DNA of 64,000 nucleotides from Bugula neritina (GCA_964035545.1 OZ037768.1:21857319-21921318), one strand, 5' to 3'. Counted from the first letter of the stretch, positions 32,988 to 62,670 are shown. The notes: generated by a model from the letters alone, not told the origin. Numbers and translations: made by a program.

Positions 32988-33629
32988 TATATTTTTTATT
33001 GCTATTGATGAACAAAAACAGAATTAAAAAGCCACTCCAGTCCAACTCCAAAACTCAACTGAAGTTTGAAGAATTTTATTATTTTAATTTAGCTAGAAGA
33101 TTGCAGTTGATAAACTTCAACTTCACAAATTATTGACCTGAGGCTAAGTTATACTTATAAAAAGAGATAGTACACTGCAGTACTAGAGTTTTGAAAAATT
33201 AGCAAATCGCGGAAGGTTCAAGCATGAATAGCAATCTTTTTTTATTTTACTACTGACGAATTCCAAATCTTTGAACGCAGCTGAGGAACAATTTTAGTCG
33301 TACAATATGTAAAGAAGCTCTTCCTTATTGATATCGCGTGCCACGATTGAAAGTTAGAAGAGGTCAGTTGACTATTTAGGTCAAGAAGCTGCCAATAAAA
33401 ATTGCCTCCCTCGCTAAAGAACCATAGTTGCAACTTGAGTTACTATCAAAACGAAAATGAGAAACAATACATTACGATTACATTTACTCGATGCAGTTGC
33501 TTTTAGGCTTAGCAGCTCAATGTCTGCAATCTAAATTCGTATAGTTTTAATTTTGCCAAATTTATTGAGTAGCTAAATTTTATTTATATATTTCGTTTTT
33601 GTATAGTTTTAGCTAAATTAAAAATCAAA
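32988..33629. promoter_or_regulatory. Putative bidirectional promoter between septin and WDR59
   Basis: Divergent start codons (32987 on -, 33630 on +) are only 642 bp apart; locally CpG-richer. No transcription start data. Confidence 0.6.
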
Positions 33630-51015
<17,386 letters not shown>

Positions 51016-51928
51016 GCGGGTTTCAGAGCACTCTTATTGTTTTTGTGATCCAATCATACATAATTGTATATACTTAGTAAAAGTGGTTTCTATTTAATTT
51101 AAATTATAATACCTTCTGCTAAAGCATTTCATTTTTGCCCGGATGACTTAATTTTGTGCATAGTATTTTTCTAGTTTTTCAGTAAATCAATACAAATATT
51201 TCAAAGATGAAATAGTACATTTTTAAGTTCTTGTTTTATTTAATAAGTAGGTGGTTTGTGTACACATCTAAAGTGTTAGTAAAAATTTACAGCATACGGT
51301 TACATGACAATAGCTCGAAAAATATATAATATAAAAAATTTAGCTTTGATCGCAAAAAGGTTGTATGATTCACTCACAAAAGCAATTCATCAATAACATT
51401 TGATATTTTGCGTTGAGAGCTAAAAACACGAACATAAGACTCGCCATCAGTGCTGAATATGTATCACAATGATATATTACAGTATATCAGCTCATATACA
51501 AATAAAAAAGTCAAATGGTAACAGCATAGAGCCATTGGTTGTTGAGATAAGCATGCAAATGTTGTTGTACTTTAAAACATTTCAATTGCATGCATTAACG
51601 AGTTGCAAACAAAAAACACCATACAATTACAAAGTAACATAGAACAAGTTTACTGTTAGAGTTTTAAATCTCATAAAAAATGTCAACACCACACTTAGGT
51701 TAAAAAATAATGTACATTAACTATAAAATTAATACCAACATTGCATAAAATTAATAAAAAAAAAACTAACAACTGTAAGTTAGAACCATTACCTGACGTA
51801 GCTTTTACATCTTAAATATTTAAATATATAGAATAGTAGGTCTGCTAAGTGAGGTTTTGAGTAACTGACAATGAGTGGGAGAAAAATCTAGCAAGAGTAC
51901 GGCTTCGACACCAATCAGGCTACTTACT

Positions 51929-54900
51929 TCATACATAGGCTACAAAATAAATGTAAATTATGCATGCAAATGGAAGATGAGCCTCCATTAAATATACAAC
52001 ATGTTAAAACACAATATAAATGCATTTGCGGGCTGGAGCTTTAGCTATACTAAATAATTCCAACAGAAAATGTGCAAAGCATAGGTTTGGGCGGAAACTT
52101 CTGTATTTTTTCAGGGTACTTGGAGTAACATGCAGTTAATCTAATTGTGGGAGCAAAGTAAGCAGCTGCCTTTACTAACTAGTAAGCTGCCAGTCACAAT
52201 ACCTACTTTCATAGCACACTATCTTCACAATATCTAATCGCACAAGTACAAATATATTGAAAATAGCAGATTGTGTAACAGGTGCACGTATAGCAGAAAA
52301 TGACTTCAGTTGCAACAGATATATATACTCAAGAATTTCTCTACTATAAATATGTTCAATATACAGCAGGTGAACATATGAAATTATCTTAAGATTAAGA
52401 ATGATTTCATCCTGAGAAGTTAGCCTACACTTAAACTGTGTACAAAATGTTTTTCTAAACAATCATGAGTTTTCTTGTATAATAAATCCAAACAGTGCCC
52501 TTATGATAAAGACCACATGTGTTTTACAAAGGTCAAAACAATAACGAAACAATCAATGCATTGATAAGATGCTCATCTTCTTAAAGGTTTTATAATGCAA
52601 AGAAAAAGTGAGTAATCTGGAGCTTCCTACCAACATAAGAGGTGCCGGAAGGCAAAAGACCCAAAAATACAGAAAAGCCGCAACATTTTCTTTTTTTATT
52701 CAATAAACTACACTAGTTGTTGGGTCACGAGCAAGCAGTATTGCGACAAGAATGGTAATAAGTTTGCGTTAGAAAGATTAGGAGATACCAACCGGGAGTG
52801 GGCGGGGCTGCGTCCATAGTCAGGTGCTCTAGACTCCCTACGCTTATCCTAACGCTGATTCCGTGATGAGAAGAGTATCGGTCGCCGTTAGGCACGGAGC
52901 CAGCGATGACAAAATCTGTGAGGGTTACGTCAGGTGACCCGCCAGACTCTAGAGGTATTGGGTGACGGCGGAAGTGTTCGAGCATATCGAAAATAGTCTG
53001 GAACCAGAGGTGCTGCACCCGACACTGCCCCTCGTTGTTGATGGTCATACGTAGATGCTGTAAAGAGCATTGCATCTGTCTCCATTTAAAAGTTTAGATA
53101 AAAATCATAAAAATGTGTAGCTATCACAAACTTGGCTGAGTTTGCTGACCAAATAGTTTTAAAGTAGATTTTAGGATAAGACAAAAACCCAACTTAAACA
53201 CATTAAACTGTCAAGATGTTTCTTTGATAATACGAAGTGTATTTGGCAACAAACTTACGCATAGCTTCAATGAGTGAGCAAAATTTTTAAATGCTCATAT
53301 GAAATATTAACATAATGCAGCTAGAAATTACCTTCGCACGACCTTGAAAATTAAATGTAAGAACAAATTCTCCTTTTCTAGTTTCACTTTGACGAACCAG
53401 GAAGGAGCCATGACCAGCAGTGCCTTCTGCTAGCACGAGATGAGCAGCATCCATGCGAGAGAACGTTCCGTGAAACCACGGGAATTCCCTCAAGTAGAGT
53501 TCAATATTTTGTAGAGCATTCAAATCCATTGCTGGAAATAAAGTCAGCGAATTACCAGATGTAAGAAATTGCAACAGCAAATTATACCCCTTCATTGTCT
53601 CAGGGGCTGTAGTAAGACATTCGAGAGCAGTGCTTGTTTCTGACACAAAGCAACAGGTTCTTTCTATGAAACCACAAAATTTCATTAACACAGTTAAAAA
53701 CTAAAAGGTTCAAATAATTGCACCTGTAAGTTTTGCATAGCATTAGGAGAGCTATCTATATGTGTGCTACAATTATAAATTTATTGAAATAATTCTCTAA
53801 CCAATAATATATCCAAATGACTTATGCTGTCTATTATTATGTGTCAAAACTTTAGAATGAGTTACGAGACATGTCCTTATGTTTTTATAATATAAGAGTG
53901 AATACATGATAAAATAGTGCTGTGAAATTCATTTGATGCAAAATACATTTTACGATGTGCAAAACACTATGTTGATTAAAATTAATAAAAAAACTAAAGG
54001 GGCCAGAAATCTTTGTTGTATTTGATTTGACCATTTAGCTCCAGCCCATGTGTTGGTGGGTTGGAGCACTCACAGCATAATACTCTGTTGACGTTATATA
54101 TTTAACCCCGAAAATTGAAAGTCTTGAGAAATGAAAATCTTTGTAGCATTTTTTAGCACTTTCGCATATTCTATATTTCACAGCTGCTGATTAACAAAGA
54201 ATTAGATGCTGTGGGAGAACAGAACTACATGTTTGAGTAGTGGAGGAGGACATACCTTGAGTGTTGTTAGCGCCATCTGGAGGATGAATAGGAGATGGCG
54301 CAGAAGACGTTGGCATGGAGTAGCTGGCTCTAGCAGGGGATCTTGGTGGTATCTCAGGAGGCGGGGCCGTCCTGTCAGAGAACCCATACTGTCCGTTAGA
54401 GTTTGAAAATGAGCCCATCATATCGGATTGCGGGATGTGATCACCCATGTTGACACTGTCACATCTACGTATGCAAAGAGTATATACATATCAATGTAAC
54501 TATACATGAATACATATATAATGCATACACGAAGTGTATATAAAATAATGATTAAAATCATGCATTTATTCAGTATTGCATGTTTGAAACTACAGTATTA
54601 TAACTAACGCAAACATTACAGTATGTTTTCCATTTAAACTAGACCAACATTATTTTCACCTATACAATTATATGCACTCACAATCACAGCTTACATGTAA
54701 TCAAACATATGATTTAATTTGAATAGAGAAATCAGTGACAACACTAAGTTCTATACTACAGATCTTCAGTATGTGCACACCAAACCCCCTCCTGAGCTCC
54801 AAGAACAATATCACACACTAATCCTAAACGACAGACATCTTCTCACTAACCTCAGATTTTCTTCCGGCATACACTGGCGGATATGACCTAGCCAGCTCCT

Positions 54901-56335
54901 GAGGTCACTGGCATTGCTCGCCTCAAACACATAGTCATGCGTGTTGGACGCCTGAAACATGGCAGTAAATAACAATACATAAATTTGTAGGATACAAGGG
55001 GCGGTCGTGGTCTAGGGGTTAGAGCGCTGGTTTAGTAAACACAAGGTCAGTGGTTTAAATCCCGGTAAAAACAATTGTGAGCTTTTAGTAGGGATATACC
55101 TTTCAGGCAAATAGTTTAAACAAATATTTATAAATCAAAAAATCTGTTGGCAGGTATTAGGAGTATTGAGTGTAAATCACAGAATATTAAATTTTCTGTA
55201 GGCATGCTGATTATATTTAAATTAAATTAGGGAAGCAGTTTTCCTACCTTCAATACAAAAGTATGTTCCCTGTCGGGCATCTCTAGAGCTGTTGTCTCTC
55301 GACATTTGTTTAACATTGAGCAGTACAACCCAGTTTTTGGCTTCGAACTCTGTAAACATGAAAAGGAGATAACTCACAAATATCCACAATATTCTCTATA
55401 TTTATCATTGATCCAAACAATAAAATTTAGGTTATAAAATAAAAGCCTGCCACAGAGTCACCTGCCATAGCTATTATATCTTACAGGCATGAACGTGCAG
55501 AATGGAAACTCTTAATAAACAAGAAAAGTATGTAGTCATTAGACAAAAATCTTTAATCAGGTAAGTTTAATAAAACAATAGAAATCTCAAACTCCCCATT
55601 TTCATTAGTTTTAAAAATTACAGCCGATTACAAGTTTATAAAATCGTTATGTTACAGAAACCAAGATTGCAGAGGTGAATTACAATTCAGAGCTATGTGA
55701 CTTATAATGGCTAAATTTACCTTTGGAGGCGCATAAAACTCTAACAAATATCCAGAAGAGCTGTTGACCAAAACTAGTCTACATTTCTCCCATTTGTGAT
55801 CAGTTGATGGTCCATTTTCTACTAATCGAAATACTGTACCCTCCTTTTTAATGTTGGATCTTTGTTTCGACTTCGATCGGTGACTATGGTGATCATCATC
55901 GGGAGTTGATTCTTTAGAATTTGACTTCTTAGGTTTTCTAATTGACAGTTTTCTTAAAAATGACCGAGCTTTGGATGCTTTGGGAGAATCAACATCATTA
56001 GATGATATTGGAGAGCTTCTATCATAGGGAAAATTCTCTGCAATTGGGTAGCTTCTATGCCTCTCTCTTATAGGTTGCCCTCTTTCAATACATCGATAAA
56101 AATCGTTCTGTAGGCAATCTATGAAACTTTGCAGAAATGCGCTAGCAGGGTCTCTAACGCTAATGTCAGGATTGTCATTTAGATAAGAGCGAAAATTAAC
56201 ATAAAACTCAGATGCAGCAATTGCTGCTTGCTCTTCACAAAACTCTGACCAATGCAGAGGTTCTGGGTGGCTTTGACTGTGGTTCAAATTTAAGCTGTGA
56301 CCGTTTTGATTCTCATAAATAGGTCGACTTGCCAT
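51929..56335 (-). CDS. SH2B: SH2B-family adaptor (SH2B1/APS/Lnk): Phe-zipper, PH and SH2 domains
   Basis: Exons 56335-55721, 55349-55248, 54951-54851, 54464-54256, 53531-53332, 53057-52793 (or read-through to the stop at 52725), tentative last exon 51939-51929 (AYV*). Motifs [16 protein letters not shown] (Phe-zipper), [33 protein letters not shown] (PH), [60 protein letters not shown] (SH2). Confidence 0.92.
54998..55110 (+). mobile_element. tRNA-derived SINE head (degenerate), antisense within an SH2B intron
   Basis: A-box-like GGTCGTGGTCTAGGGGTTAGAGCGCT and B-box-like GGTTTAAATCCC (55052-55063) at tRNA spacing, but no intact acceptor stem; continues into non-tRNA sequence. Confidence 0.55.
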
Positions 56336-57107
56336 ATTAAATTTACATCATGCTTCAATTCTAAGGACTCTGTACGTTTGTTGTAGCAGTAAATACAAGA
56401 AATACCTTATACTTGTTCTTTAAAATGGCTTATAGTACCGGCCTCTTTGCAAACAAAATATACTGAAATTTCATTAATGCTACTAGCCCTAGAAGTAGAT
56501 AGATTCAACCTCGACTTTTTAATATAATCCAAGGAAATGTTTATGTATTTTTCATACGCAAGCGCATTAATAAATGTCAAGGTTGATTTACTCAAAGTTC
56601 TTATCCTTATAATTACATTGAGATGTAAGGAATTATTATAATCAAAGAACCATTAGCGAACAATGCAACGTTATTGAGTCTAATGAACCAAAACGCAGGC
56701 TAATAAGAATCTGGTGAGTCCAGTAATGAAATAGAGCTTAGGAATATTCAATTACAATAATTTTACAATTACTGTGAATACTCCAATTCAATTATCATTA
56801 TGATTATAATATTTAGTATCAATATGACTATGGTTTTTGCCTTATGAGTATAGCCATAAGTATGAAATTTAATATAAATACCAATTTCGTTTTTGTACTT
56901 ATAAACTTAAACTCAGTTTAACTTTAAGTTTAAAGCTGTAATAAATTTTACTAATCATAATCATAATGATAATGATAGTCACAATGAATGAAATTAAATG
57001 ATAATCAATATCACAATTTGAATGATAATCATAATGCAGATGATTGATGATATAATCAACATCATAATCATAGTGATTGATCTAATGATGATGACAGTCA
57101 TTTTTAA

Positions 57108-58195
57108 TTGTATATACTTACTAACTGGATACTCGATTTTCTTTCCGACCGACAGCAGTCTGTTGTACTTAGAGGGGCAAGCTCTCAAAAGTGCCGAGTA
57201 ACCTCAGGAGTGCCGCAGGGATCTGTGCTAGGCCCAATCCTGTTTTTGTGCTATATAAATGATCTTCCGGATTTGTTGTCATGTAAAGTCAGCCTCTATG
57301 CTGATGACACTCTACTTTACCAAACTGTGAACACCACTAAGGATGCAGAACTATTCCAAACTAATATCAACGCTGTATATGAGTGGTCTCTAAAATGGAA
57401 AATGCCCTTCAATGAACAGAAATGCCAAGCAATTAATTTTGGTAAGGTAACCCCTATATCACACTACAAACTCGGTACCACATGCCTTGCGTGGGTACAA
57501 AGCACTAAATACCTTGGGGTAACCATCCAGTCAAACCTAAAGTTTGATCAACACATAAATAACAAGTGTACCAAGTCCCGGAAAATTCTTGGCGGCATCA
57601 AGCATTTGATGTATGATGCCCCAAAAGATGCTAAGCTATTGGCTTATACAAGTCTATGTAGGCCTATACTCGATTATGCGGATGTGGTTTGGGATCCTGC
57701 GGCTAGGGGTAAAGTGCATGATATAGAGCTGGTCCAGAACAGTGCCATACGATTTATAAGCAATATGAAGGGACGTGCTGACAGTGTTTCTGAGGCGAGG
57801 GATGAGTTAGGACTCCGGTCGCTGGAAGACAGACGAAAAAATCATCGACTGTGTTTGCTGACCCGAATTCTTCAAAATGAGGATCAACACCAGTCTCTAT
57901 CCAGAGCCTATGACGAAATAATTGAAGGCAGGGAACTTGTAACTGTAACCACTCGAGCGGCTGCCAGAGGAGAGCTTATCTCTATATCATCTAGGAAAAA
58001 CTTATTCCACACTAGTTTTCTACCACGAACAATTCGTGAAATGCGCGGAGAATATAATAACTAATTACAAAACAGCAAATGCTGTAACTAGTGCTAACCC
58101 TGGTCCAATGTAAGTTTTCACTAGAGGCTTCCCTATAGACTTTCCAGTTGCTGCGGAAGTCCTACCTCAACTGAGGTAATAAACTGAGGTAATAG
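57108..58195 (+). mobile_element. 5'-truncated non-LTR retrotransposon (CR1/L2/Jockey group): C-terminal RT half plus 3' UTR
   Basis: Open frame 57108-58064 with WILDFLSDRQQSV, SGVPQGSVLGPILF, LYADD, KYLGV, AYTSLCRPILDYADVVWDP; the 3' end carries a tandem AACTGAGGTAAT tail. No endonuclease or N-terminal RT. Confidence 0.9.
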
Positions 58196-58395
58196 TCTTA
58201 TAGTTATAGTTATACTATATTTATATTTTAATTGTCATAATAATTATTTATTATTATAAAATCATAATAATTTATTATTATTATTGAATCTATATTTATT
58301 AAATTAGTTATTAATGTCAATGATAAGATTGATGTTGATGTTGTGTATGTTAATGTTATAGTTATACTTAATCTTAATTTCAATTTGCCTTTCAG

Positions 58396-58622
58396 TTTTG
58401 AGGAGTTTTGGTAGTAGTAGTAACAGTAGTGATGAAGGTAATGGTGATAGCAAAGACGCCGTCGATAACTCTGTGCAGACACCAGACAATATTTCTTCTG
58501 ATTTACCCACAGCAAGTAATGCTGTGGAGGATGAGCTATTTACTCCAGCACAAGGGGAACTTACATGTACTAGGCGAGGGAGACAATGCAAACCTCCCAA
58601 TAGATTAAACATGCGGAGATAA
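58396..58622 (+). other. Short acidic ORF/exon ending TRRGRQCKPPNRL, resembling the C-terminal tail of Ty3/Gypsy integrases
   Basis: Motif T-R-x-G-R-x-x-K-P-P-x-R-L just before the stop; preceded by an acceptor-like TTTGCCTTTCAG; no upstream integrase core. Confidence 0.4.
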
Positions 58623-58691
58623 TAGTAATAATATGCTTTTTATATATAGTTTTAGAAAACTTAACAAGGAAAAGAAGACAAACAAATTATA

Positions 58692-59774
58692 ATGAATGAC
58701 AGCGAGAAGGAGAAAGAAAAGGAAAATGTGGGGGAACCCGACACAGGCTCTTGGTCCAAGACCAGACCCTCAGGCAAACATAAGTCAACAGAAACTGCAA
58801 AAGTGGCCAGCCCCTACGACAAGCCAAAAGATACGGAAAGTCTCAGTTATAGCGAGGTAAGTGCTAAAGGTAAGGCTAAGCTTAAGAAGCCACATGAAGT
58901 ATGTGGCAAGAAGGGCACACATAGGTGTGCCATTAGTAGATGTTTAAGGGATCACTCTGCTCGGGACTGCCCCAATAACAAGTGTTACAGGTGCGGGCAG
59001 AAGGGTCATTGGGTCGAGGACTGCAGAGCAGTTTATTGTAGTTGGTGTTGCGTCACTGCAGAACACAAAACCTCTGTATGCAGCTACGCACCTTCTAGTT
59101 TCAAGCGAAAGGCTGTAGATGGTGTTGACTCTCAAGATCCAGCACCAAAAATTGCCAAGACCTCAGGTAACCAAAATTTAGACTATGCAAGTGTTGCTCC
59201 CGGTAGTGTAGTAAAGTCATCAAGCTATGTACATACATTAAAGCCTCAAAGTGCTATTGTTAGCAAAGTTTTAGGGTTCTTGAATGGCTTAACGGGGTGT
59301 AACTTCCTGGGTGGGGAGGCATACGCACAGAGGAGAGAGCAGATAAATGTGGAGAGGCAAGAGCTTCAGCTGAAGTTCGAAAGGCAAATGGAAAAACTGA
59401 GTGAGCGGGAGAATCTCCTGGAAAAGGAATACCAGTGTTCATTGGCTGTGAAAGTAGCAATAGAAAACTGGGCTTGTGTAGCCAATGTGCATTCCAGAGG
59501 GTTGGGTAGCATGATACTAAACCCCGCAGCCACAGTTGTGGAAAGTCCTAGTGGTAACCAGGAGGAGTCAAAGGCCGTGGAGGAGTCGCCGACCCTTGGT
59601 CGCCCTCGGGACAACACTCGGGAGGAGTCAACGGCCATTGAGCCACCGACCCCCGGTGTACATGGTAGTTCAGAGCTTGGTCTGAGACCGACCAACAGTT
59701 CTGGTCAGTTTCAGTCAACTGAGACTGGGGAGGTGGAGATAGAAACATCTTCTAATCCCGAAGCGAAGCATTGA
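58692..59774 (+). CDS. Intronless zinc-knuckle (CCHC) gag/ORF1-like protein, 360 aa, probably retroelement-derived
   Basis: Canonical CX2CX4HX4C (CYRCGQKGHWVEDC) flanked by atypical Cys/His clusters (CLRDHSARDC, CSWCCVTAEHKTSVC); coiled-coil-like QRREQINVERQELQLKFERQMEKLSERENLLEKE; GC-richer than the surrounding DNA; no stops. Confidence 0.7.
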   Translation: MNDSEKEKEKENVGEPDTGSWSKTRPSGKHKSTETAKVASPYDKPKDTESLSYSEVSAKGKAKLKKPHEVCGKKGTHRCAISRCLRDHSARDCPNNKCYRCGQKGHWVEDCRAVYCSWCCVTAEHKTSVCSYAPSSFKRKAVDGVDSQDPAPKIAKTSGNQNLDYASVAPGSVVKSSSYVHTLKPQSAIVSKVLGFLNGLTGCNFLGGEAYAQRREQINVERQELQLKFERQMEKLSERENLLEKEYQCSLAVKVAIENWACVANVHSRGLGSMILNPAATVVESPSGNQEESKAVEESPTLGRPRDNTREESTAIEPPTPGVHGSSELGLRPTNSSGQFQSTETGEVEIETSSNPEAKH

Positions 59775-59838
59775 AGTTCTGGTCAGTCTCAGGCAACTGA
59801 GACTGGGGGAGATGAGGGTGGAAACATTCTTTGATCCC

Positions 59839-59960
59839 AACTTACTCACTTACTTACTCACATACTTACCAACTTACTCACTTACTTACTCACATACTTA
59901 CCAACTTACTCACTTACTTATTTACTCACACACTCACTCACTCACACACTGACTTTATTT
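59839..59960. repeat. (ACTT/ACTC)n compound microsatellite following the zinc-knuckle ORF
   Basis: Direct reading; includes a 32-bp unit CCAACTTACTCACTTACTTACTCACATACTTA, about 2.5 copies. Confidence 0.85.
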
Positions 59961-60469
59961 ACTACTTATAAACTACTAGATTACAGATAATTAAAGCTTG
60001 TGTTTACAGTTTCGAGCATATAGAGGTGAGTAAGTTTTACCCACGGACATGTGGTACTCACCCACTTATAGCTTTTAGACATAGTATATAATTGAAATGC
60101 TTAGTATTAGCAGGTGGTCAGTAGCCCTCATAGGAAGGGGCATGTTATAGTGGCATGTTGAGAACTAAGCCTATGATAATAGCCTATCAGATATGTACGC
60201 TATCGTGTTACCAGGAGTTGCCCTACCAGCCCATTGCATAGCCGATATAGCTACACGCAGCCAACTGATATAAACCCTGATGAACCTAGTGAAGGGGCTC
60301 TTGCATCTTGAAGCTCCGGTGAGTAACTACTATAATTATAGTAACCTAACAGTTGGTTTTTTTTCATTTTATAAAGAGAGTAGGCTGTAGGGTAGAAAGT
60401 ATATGTTTTACATGTGAAATGCTCAATTAATTCAATATTTGAATAATGTCAGATCTCTTGTTTCTGTAG

Positions 60470-62670
60470 CTGGCTGGTACCAGAAGGTTTGAAGGGCTGG
60501 TTTCTCGCGAGAAATTGTGAGACTGTCACAGAACTATCATGGTGGCAGAGTGTGACTCTGACGATGGAAGGAAAGAAAGATCTAGAAATCACATGTACTC
60601 CGGCTCAACATTGGAGTTTAAGATCAGGATGTGATAGAAACCAGGTGAGTGAACAGCTGTAACTATGTATATTACTATGAAATATTATAGTAACTGTTGA
60701 GTAGTTATATTATAATATATTGTAGTCACTGTAGAGTAGTTATACTATAATATATTGTAGTCACTGTGAAGTAGTTATACTATATTATATTGTAGTCACT
60801 GTGGAGTAGTTGTACTATAATATATTGTAGTCACTGTGGAGTAGTTATACTATAATATATTGTAGTCACTGTGGAGTAGCTATACTATAATATATTGTAG
60901 TCACTGTGAAGTAGTTATACTATAATATATTGTAGTCACTGTGGAGTAGTTGTACTATAATATATTGTAGATTTACTGTAGAGTAGTTATACTATAATAT
61001 ATTGTAGTCACTGTGGAGTAGTATACTATAATATATTGTAGTCACTGTAGAGTAGTTATACTATAATATATTGTAGTCACTGTGGAGTAGTTATACTATA
61101 ATATATTGTAGTCACTGTAGAGTAGTTATACTATAATATATTGTAGTCACTATGGAGTAGTTATAGTATAATATATTGTAGTCACTGTGAAGTAGTTATA
61201 CTATAATATATTGTAGTCACTGTGGAGTAGTTGTACTATAATATATTGTAAATTTACTGTAGAGTAGTTATACTATAATATATTGTAGTCACTGTGGAGT
61301 AGTATACTATAATATATTGTAGTCACTGTAGAGTAGTTATACTATAATATATTGTAGTCACTGTGGAGTAGTTATACTATATTATATTGTAGTCACTGTA
61401 GAGTAGTTATACTATAATATATTGTAGTCACTGTAGAGTAGTTATACTATAATATATTGTAGTCACTATGGAGTAGTTATAGTATAATATATTGTAGTCA
61501 CTGTAGAGTAGTTATACTATAATATATTGTAGTCACTGTGAAGTAGTTATACTATAATATATTGTAGTCACTGTGGAGTAGTTGTACTATAATATATTGT
61601 AGATTTACTGTAGAGTAGTTATACTATAATATATTGTAGTCACTGTGGAGTAGTATACTATAATATATTGTAGTCACTGTGGAGTAGTTATACTATAATA
61701 TATTGTAGTCACTGTGGAGTAGTTATACTATAATATATTGTAGTCACTGTAGAGTAGTGATACTATATTATATTGTAGTCACTGTGGAGTAGTTATACTA
61801 TAATATATTGTAGTCACTGTAGAGTAGTTATACTATAATATATTGTAGTCACTGTGGAGTAGTTATACTATAATATATTGTAGTCACTGTAGAGTAGTAT
61901 ACTATAATATATTGTAGTCACTGTGGAGTAGTTATACTATATTATATTGTAGTCACTGTAGAGTAGTTATACTATAATATATTGTAGTCACTGTAGAGTA
62001 GTTATACTATAATATATTGTAGTCACTGTAGAGTAGTTATACTATAATACATTGTAGTCACTGTAGAGTAGTTATACTATATTATATTGTAGTCACTGTA
62101 GAGTAGTTATACTATAATATATTGTAGTCACTGTGGAGTAGTTATACTATAATTTGGATTTGGTTCTTTGAAGTTTGTGAATTATTTGAGACAATCAGTC
62201 AGAAATGAGGACCTTTCAGCCATAGCCATTGGTCAGTATAGTGTGTAATCGTCTTTAACATTGGAATTAGTTCAAATTCTTCTGAGATTGGAACGTATTT
62301 GAAAACAGAAACTATATAAATAAATTATGCTATGTAAATTAGTGACTCGATTTCTTAATATATTTATCAACACATCATTCTATTTATCATCAACACGTGT
62401 CATGAGACTTCAATTCTATGTCCGTCCTTGTGAAGAAGCATGAATAAAGATATCTTTGAACACTATAATTGTGACTTCAACTGCTTATTCTATTACTTGA
62501 AAATAGTACTTATGCACTTTTCATAGATAATATCCCAAATTCTCAAGTTTATCTGTTATGTTTGTAGCCGTATTTGGAGCCCCCGTGAACTGATAGCATC
62601 TGTGCAGGGAACTGAGGCTAAACAATCATCTATTACCATTTCTCACGGCTCTATAGACATTACAGAATAA
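60470..62670 (+). pseudogene. NAPEPLD: Unprocessed, disabled NAPE-PLD (metallo-beta-lactamase fold) pseudogene fragment
   Basis: Clean exon 60470-60644 (WLVPEGLKGWF..VTELSWWQ..CTPAQHWSLRSGCDRNQ); decayed exon about 62174-62242 (CELFETISQK*GPF/SAIAIGQY, cf. [24 protein letters not shown], with a stop at 62206 and a frameshift); last exon 62568-62670 (PYLEP/RELIAS..ITISHGS, frameshift in the C5 run at 62580-62584). No HxHxDH exon found upstream. Confidence 0.75.
60655..62152. repeat. 35-bp minisatellite (TGTAGTCACTGTAGAGTAGTTATACTATAATATAT)n, about 42 units
   Basis: Period 35 (60721 to 60756); recurring variants (ATTTACTGT near 60971, 61252 and 61603) show block duplications; starts about 10 nt after the NAPE-PLD donor. 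Confidence 0.96.

Noticed and set aside
54998-55070. Possible functional tRNA gene
   Set aside because: B box is mutated (GGTTTAAATCCC), there is no acceptor-stem pairing and no adjacent oligo-T terminator; better explained as a SINE head.
58944-59748. Antisense ORFs over the zinc-knuckle gene
   Set aside because: Shadow frames of a GC-richer coding sequence, with no recognisable motifs.
57108-59774. RT ORF plus zinc-knuckle ORF as one element with inverted gene order
   Set aside because: The LINE has its own 3' tail at about 58195 and is separated by host-like low-complexity DNA; no shared boundaries are visible.
60655-62152. 35-bp repeat array of CRISPR-like unit length
   Set aside because: Units are head-to-tail without unique spacers, there are no cas genes and the context is eukaryotic; it is a minisatellite.
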